This document shows positions 60,747 through 64,000 of a stretch of 64,000 bases of DNA, one piece after another. The notes under the pieces are model-generated. The model ran no database searches. It was given only the letters and a program-made list of their open reading frames with translations, and was not told the origin of the DNA. Source of the DNA: an uncultured bacterium. Its GTDB lineage: Bacteria; Fidelibacterota; Marinisomatia; Marinisomatales; UBA1611. Position 1 is the stretch's first letter. The number at the start of each line of letters is the position of its first letter. The position numbers were made by a program, and so were the translations under genes. The DNA lies in NCBI GenBank assembly GCA_965660855.1, contig CBFIBM010000003.1:90909-154908 (forward strand), given 5' to 3'.

Positions 60747-63700
60747 ATGAACTTTTTAAAAAAAGTATTAAAGATCACAATGTTTGTAACGTTTTCTTTT
60801 GGACAATTCGCGTTACCTTCTTTTCAGGCAGTTTCTAACGGTGATAATGTGGGCCCTAGAATTACGATTACTGCATCCGACGGTAGTAATACAGTGCTTA
60901 GTGGTTCCACTACAAATGATAATACTCTTACCCTCACATTCACTTGTAATGAGAATACCACAAATTTCGCTATTGGAGATGTTATTTTATCAGGAGGGAG
61001 CCTATCTTCCTTTTCAGGGTCTGGAACAACCTATTCTGCAAGTTTATCTCCCAATAGTGAAAGATCAGTAAGAGTTTCTATTCCTGCAGGGTCGTTTACG
61101 GATGGAAGAAGTAACCTTGCTTTTGGTTCGATTCCCTTTTTATGGACTTATGACAGTTCGGCACCTTTTTTTACTTCTTATCCAGTTCTGGCCTCTGATA
61201 ATACGACTGTTACAATAAAGTTTAACGAACTCACATATAATACAAGTAATGGGAGTGGAGCTCTTGAGGTTGGTGATTTTTCTTTTACCCTTACGGTACC
61301 TTTGGGTGGAACTCCCGCTACGTTAAACAGCCCAACCCCAACTAGCATTTCAAAAGCAGCTCCATCATTTACAACTACTGTACTCCCGTACTCAATGGAT
61401 GGTCCAGTCTCTGTAACAGTTTTTGATCTTGATTTAGATAATGATATTGATATTTTAGTACCATTAAATCCTGGTTCTAAACTTCTTTGGTACACGAATA
61501 ATGGATCACAAAGCTTTTCAGAAAATATAATAGATAATTCTGTAAATAATCCAAGAGAAATATGGCCTGTAGATCTAGATCTTGATGGGGACATTGACTT
61601 AGTAGTTCCAATTGAGGGGGGAGATGAGCTAGCATGGTATGAGAATGATGGATCACAAGGTTTTACAAAAAGATCAATCGATACTGGTAATAATGGTAGA
61701 GCAGTTGCTGTTGCAGATATTGATGGTGACAATGATTTGGATATCACATTTACTACATACTCATCGTATACTTTTTCATGGTATGAAAACGATGGATTAC
61801 AAAATTTTACAAAAAATAGTATTAATAGTTTTAATGTTCGAGATCCAGTTATAATAGATCTTGATGAGGATGGAGATATTGATTTTGTATCAGAAATAGA
61901 TGATGGCAGTGATAAAATAGTATGGTATGAGAATGATGGATCACAAAGTTTTACTCAAAATACTATTGATGAAATTGATGGAGGACATCTAGATGTTGTG
62001 GATCTTGATGAAGATGGAGATTATGATTTAGTATTTGCAGAATATTATAATCATTTATTACTATGGTACGAAAATGATGGTTCAGAAAACTTTACGAAAA
62101 GAACTATCGATGACAGCGGAGTGACAAATGTATGGGATGTTGAAGCAGGAGATATTGATGGTGATGGGGATATTGATATTGTTGCATTAACCTCAACTAA
62201 TAATAGTATTGCGGATGATAAAATCATTTGGTATGCGAATAACGGCTCAGAGTTATTTACAGAGTATACTATAGATACGGATTTAAATCATCCCTATAGA
62301 TTAAAATTAAAAGATATTGATGGCGATGTAGATTTAGATATTGTAGCTGGATCAAGAGAAGGCGATCAGGTAATTTGGTATGAAAATGTAGATGGGGGAT
62401 ATGTTTTAGGTTTATCACTATCAGGTACGGCAGCTGGATCAGAGGCTTTGACTGTAAACCCATTAAGCAGCTCTGTATATGACTTTGGAGGAAATAGTGC
62501 TTCAAATTCACAATCCTATAACACATTAAATCTAAATGATAAGACAGGTCCTACGATGACGATCACCGCTACGAATAGTAGCAGTTCATCTGTAAGCGAT
62601 GGTTCTACAACTAATGATAATCCCCTAACAATAACCTTTACTAGTAGTGAAAGTACAACCAATTTTGCCGTAGCAGATGTAACGGTATCAGGTGGAAGTC
62701 TTACTTCATTTAGTGGCAGCGGTACTATATATACGGCGACATTTACTCCCTCATCCGATGGAGCAACTACTATTGATGTAGCAGGAAGTACTTTTACGGA
62801 TGCTTCTTCGAACAATAATTCTGCCGCATCACAATTTAATTGGACTTATGATGGGACAGTTCCAACTATAACTGGTAATTCTCTTGCTGCTGATAATAGC
62901 ACTATCTCCGTAACGTTTAGCGAAGCTGTTTATAATACATCTTCAGGATCAGGTTCACTTGAAACCACTGATCTTACATTATCAAGTAGTGGTGGTAACG
63001 CATCTTTAAGTAGTTCAACACCTTCAAGCATATCTGCAAGCGGAAATACATATACACTAGGAATATCCCTATCTGGTACTGCAAATGGTAGTGAGACATT
63101 AATAGTAAATCCAATTTCAAATAGTATATATGACGCCGCAGGAAATGCAGCAAGCGGTTCTCAAAGCAATAATTCCGTTTCCTTAAATGCGGTAGTTTCT
63201 AACTATGTTTTAGACTTAAATGGATCAAATGAAGCAGCCTATGTTGGAGATAATTCTGATTTTGAAACTACGGATTGGTCGATTCAAGTATGGGTGGATC
63301 CAAATAGTCTTCCGAGTTCTGGAAATGAAGAATGGTTTGTAAATAAGAACAGAGTCTATAGAATTGGATTAAGTAACTCAAGTGGTACTACGAAGATCAT
63401 TGGTGATCATAGAAGTGGAGGTTCGTATGAAACTATCGAGGGAACAACATTATCTGACGCAAGTGGTGGTTGGTATCATGTCATTTTTACTTTTAATGAT
63501 TCTGCAGATGACCTAAAACTTTATGTGAATGGTAGCTTAGTGGGATATAAGTTAAATTATTCAGGAAGTACAGTAAATCAAAATAGTGAATTCTCCATAG
63601 GTCGAAGACATGATACATCCTCAGGATATTTTGATGGTAAGATTGACGAGGTAGCTTATTGGAACACCGAACTAAGTGCTAATGCAATTTCCGCATTATA

Positions 63701-63872
63701 TAATAGTGGAAATACCTTATCTGCATCCACTAATTCAGGTAATTATACTAGTTCAGGAAACCTTGTCCTTTACTATCAATTTCAAGAAAATTTAAATGAC
63801 TCTGAAGGGAGTTTTAATTTAACTGGGAGGAATATTAGTTCAAGCGATTATACCGCTGAAACAATTGATTAA
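60747..63872 (+). CDS. Adhesin-like protein: Ig-like repeats, FG-GAP/VCBS propeller and C-terminal LamG-like domain
   Basis: TFTxxExTTNF Ig repeats; about seven DxDxDGDxD...WYENDG repeats; WYHV/LYVNG/GKIDEVAYWN LamG motifs. Confidence 0.88.
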   Translation: MNFLKKVLKITMFVTFSFGQFALPSFQAVSNGDNVGPRITITASDGSNTVLSGSTTNDNTLTLTFTCNENTTNFAIGDVILSGGSLSSFSGSGTTYSASLSPNSERSVRVSIPAGSFTDGRSNLAFGSIPFLWTYDSSAPFFTSYPVLASDNTTVTIKFNELTYNTSNGSGALEVGDFSFTLTVPLGGTPATLNSPTPTSISKAAPSFTTTVLPYSMDGPVSVTVFDLDLDNDIDILVPLNPGSKLLWYTNNGSQSFSENIIDNSVNNPREIWPVDLDLDGDIDLVVPIEGGDELAWYENDGSQGFTKRSIDTGNNGRAVAVADIDGDNDLDITFTTYSSYTFSWYENDGLQNFTKNSINSFNVRDPVIIDLDEDGDIDFVSEIDDGSDKIVWYENDGSQSFTQNTIDEIDGGHLDVVDLDEDGDYDLVFAEYYNHLLLWYENDGSENFTKRTIDDSGVTNVWDVEAGDIDGDGDIDIVALTSTNNSIADDKIIWYANNGSELFTEYTIDTDLNHPYRLKLKDIDGDVDLDIVAGSREGDQVIWYENVDGGYVLGLSLSGTAAGSEALTVNPLSSSVYDFGGNSASNSQSYNTLNLNDKTGPTMTITATNSSSSSVSDGSTTNDNPLTITFTSSESTTNFAVADVTVSGGSLTSFSGSGTIYTATFTPSSDGATTIDVAGSTFTDASSNNNSAASQFNWTYDGTVPTITGNSLAADNSTISVTFSEAVYNTSSGSGSLETTDLTLSSSGGNASLSSSTPSSISASGNTYTLGISLSGTANGSETLIVNPISNSIYDAAGNAASGSQSNNSVSLNAVVSNYVLDLNGSNEAAYVGDNSDFETTDWSIQVWVDPNSLPSSGNEEWFVNKNRVYRIGLSNSSGTTKIIGDHRSGGSYETIEGTTLSDASGGWYHVIFTFNDSADDLKLYVNGSLVGYKLNYSGSTVNQNSEFSIGRRHDTSSGYFDGKIDEVAYWNTELSANAISALYNSGNTLSASTNSGNYTSSGNLVLYYQFQENLNDSEGSFNLTGRNISSSDYTAETID

Positions 63873-63875
63873 AAT

Positions 63876-64000
63876 ATGAAAAATATATTTTTTATTTCTT
63901 ATGCATTCATAGTGATACTTATCTTTTTTGGTTGTGAAGATGATGACACTAGCTCAGAGGATTGTGCAGGAATTACAGATGGAAACAGTGTTTGTGGTTG
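63876..64000 (+). CDS. Partial lipoprotein, truncated by window end
   Basis: Read by hand: MKNIFFISYAFIVILIFFGC-EDDDTSSEDCAGITDGNSVCG...; lipobox FFGC; 3 nt after the previous stop. Confidence 0.7.
   Translation, partial: MKNIFFISYAFIVILIFFGCEDDDTSSEDCAGITDGNSVCG

Overview
AT-rich bacterial chromosome segment, most likely from the FCB group. Gene order (parA-parB-M23-bactofilin-atpZ-atpBEFHAGDC) and the NYPNPFNP C-terminal sorting domains suggest Marinimicrobia/Marinisomatota or a relative; this taxonomic call is inference. Positions 1-34,000 are housekeeping genes: secDF, tdh-kbl, parAB, F1Fo ATP synthase, aspS, phoH, thiolase/acyl-CoA dehydrogenase/ilvE, nusB, secA and tRNA-Arg. From about 34,100, and especially after tRNA-Leu, the window becomes a cell-surface region. 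The main candidate for an undescribed system is a co-directional cluster of more than 20 kb (43,683 to the window end) downstream of a membrane-anchored TPR-LuxR regulator. It encodes a cadherin lipoprotein, a divergent GldL/PorL-like plus GldM/PorM-like pair (putative ion-driven rotary motor, with no gldK/gldN/sprA in the window), two paralogous beta-barrel-like proteins carrying SHD1 or cadherin domains, an NHL-repeat protein, a signal-peptide-bearing phage-tail-fibre-like adhesin, a CTD-bearing partner and an Ig/FG-GAP/LamG adhesin. The same 11-bp-phased GTAG motif occurs on both sides of the regulator gene. No CRISPR array, rRNA, integrase or transposase was seen. All family calls come from motif recognition by eye; no searches were run.
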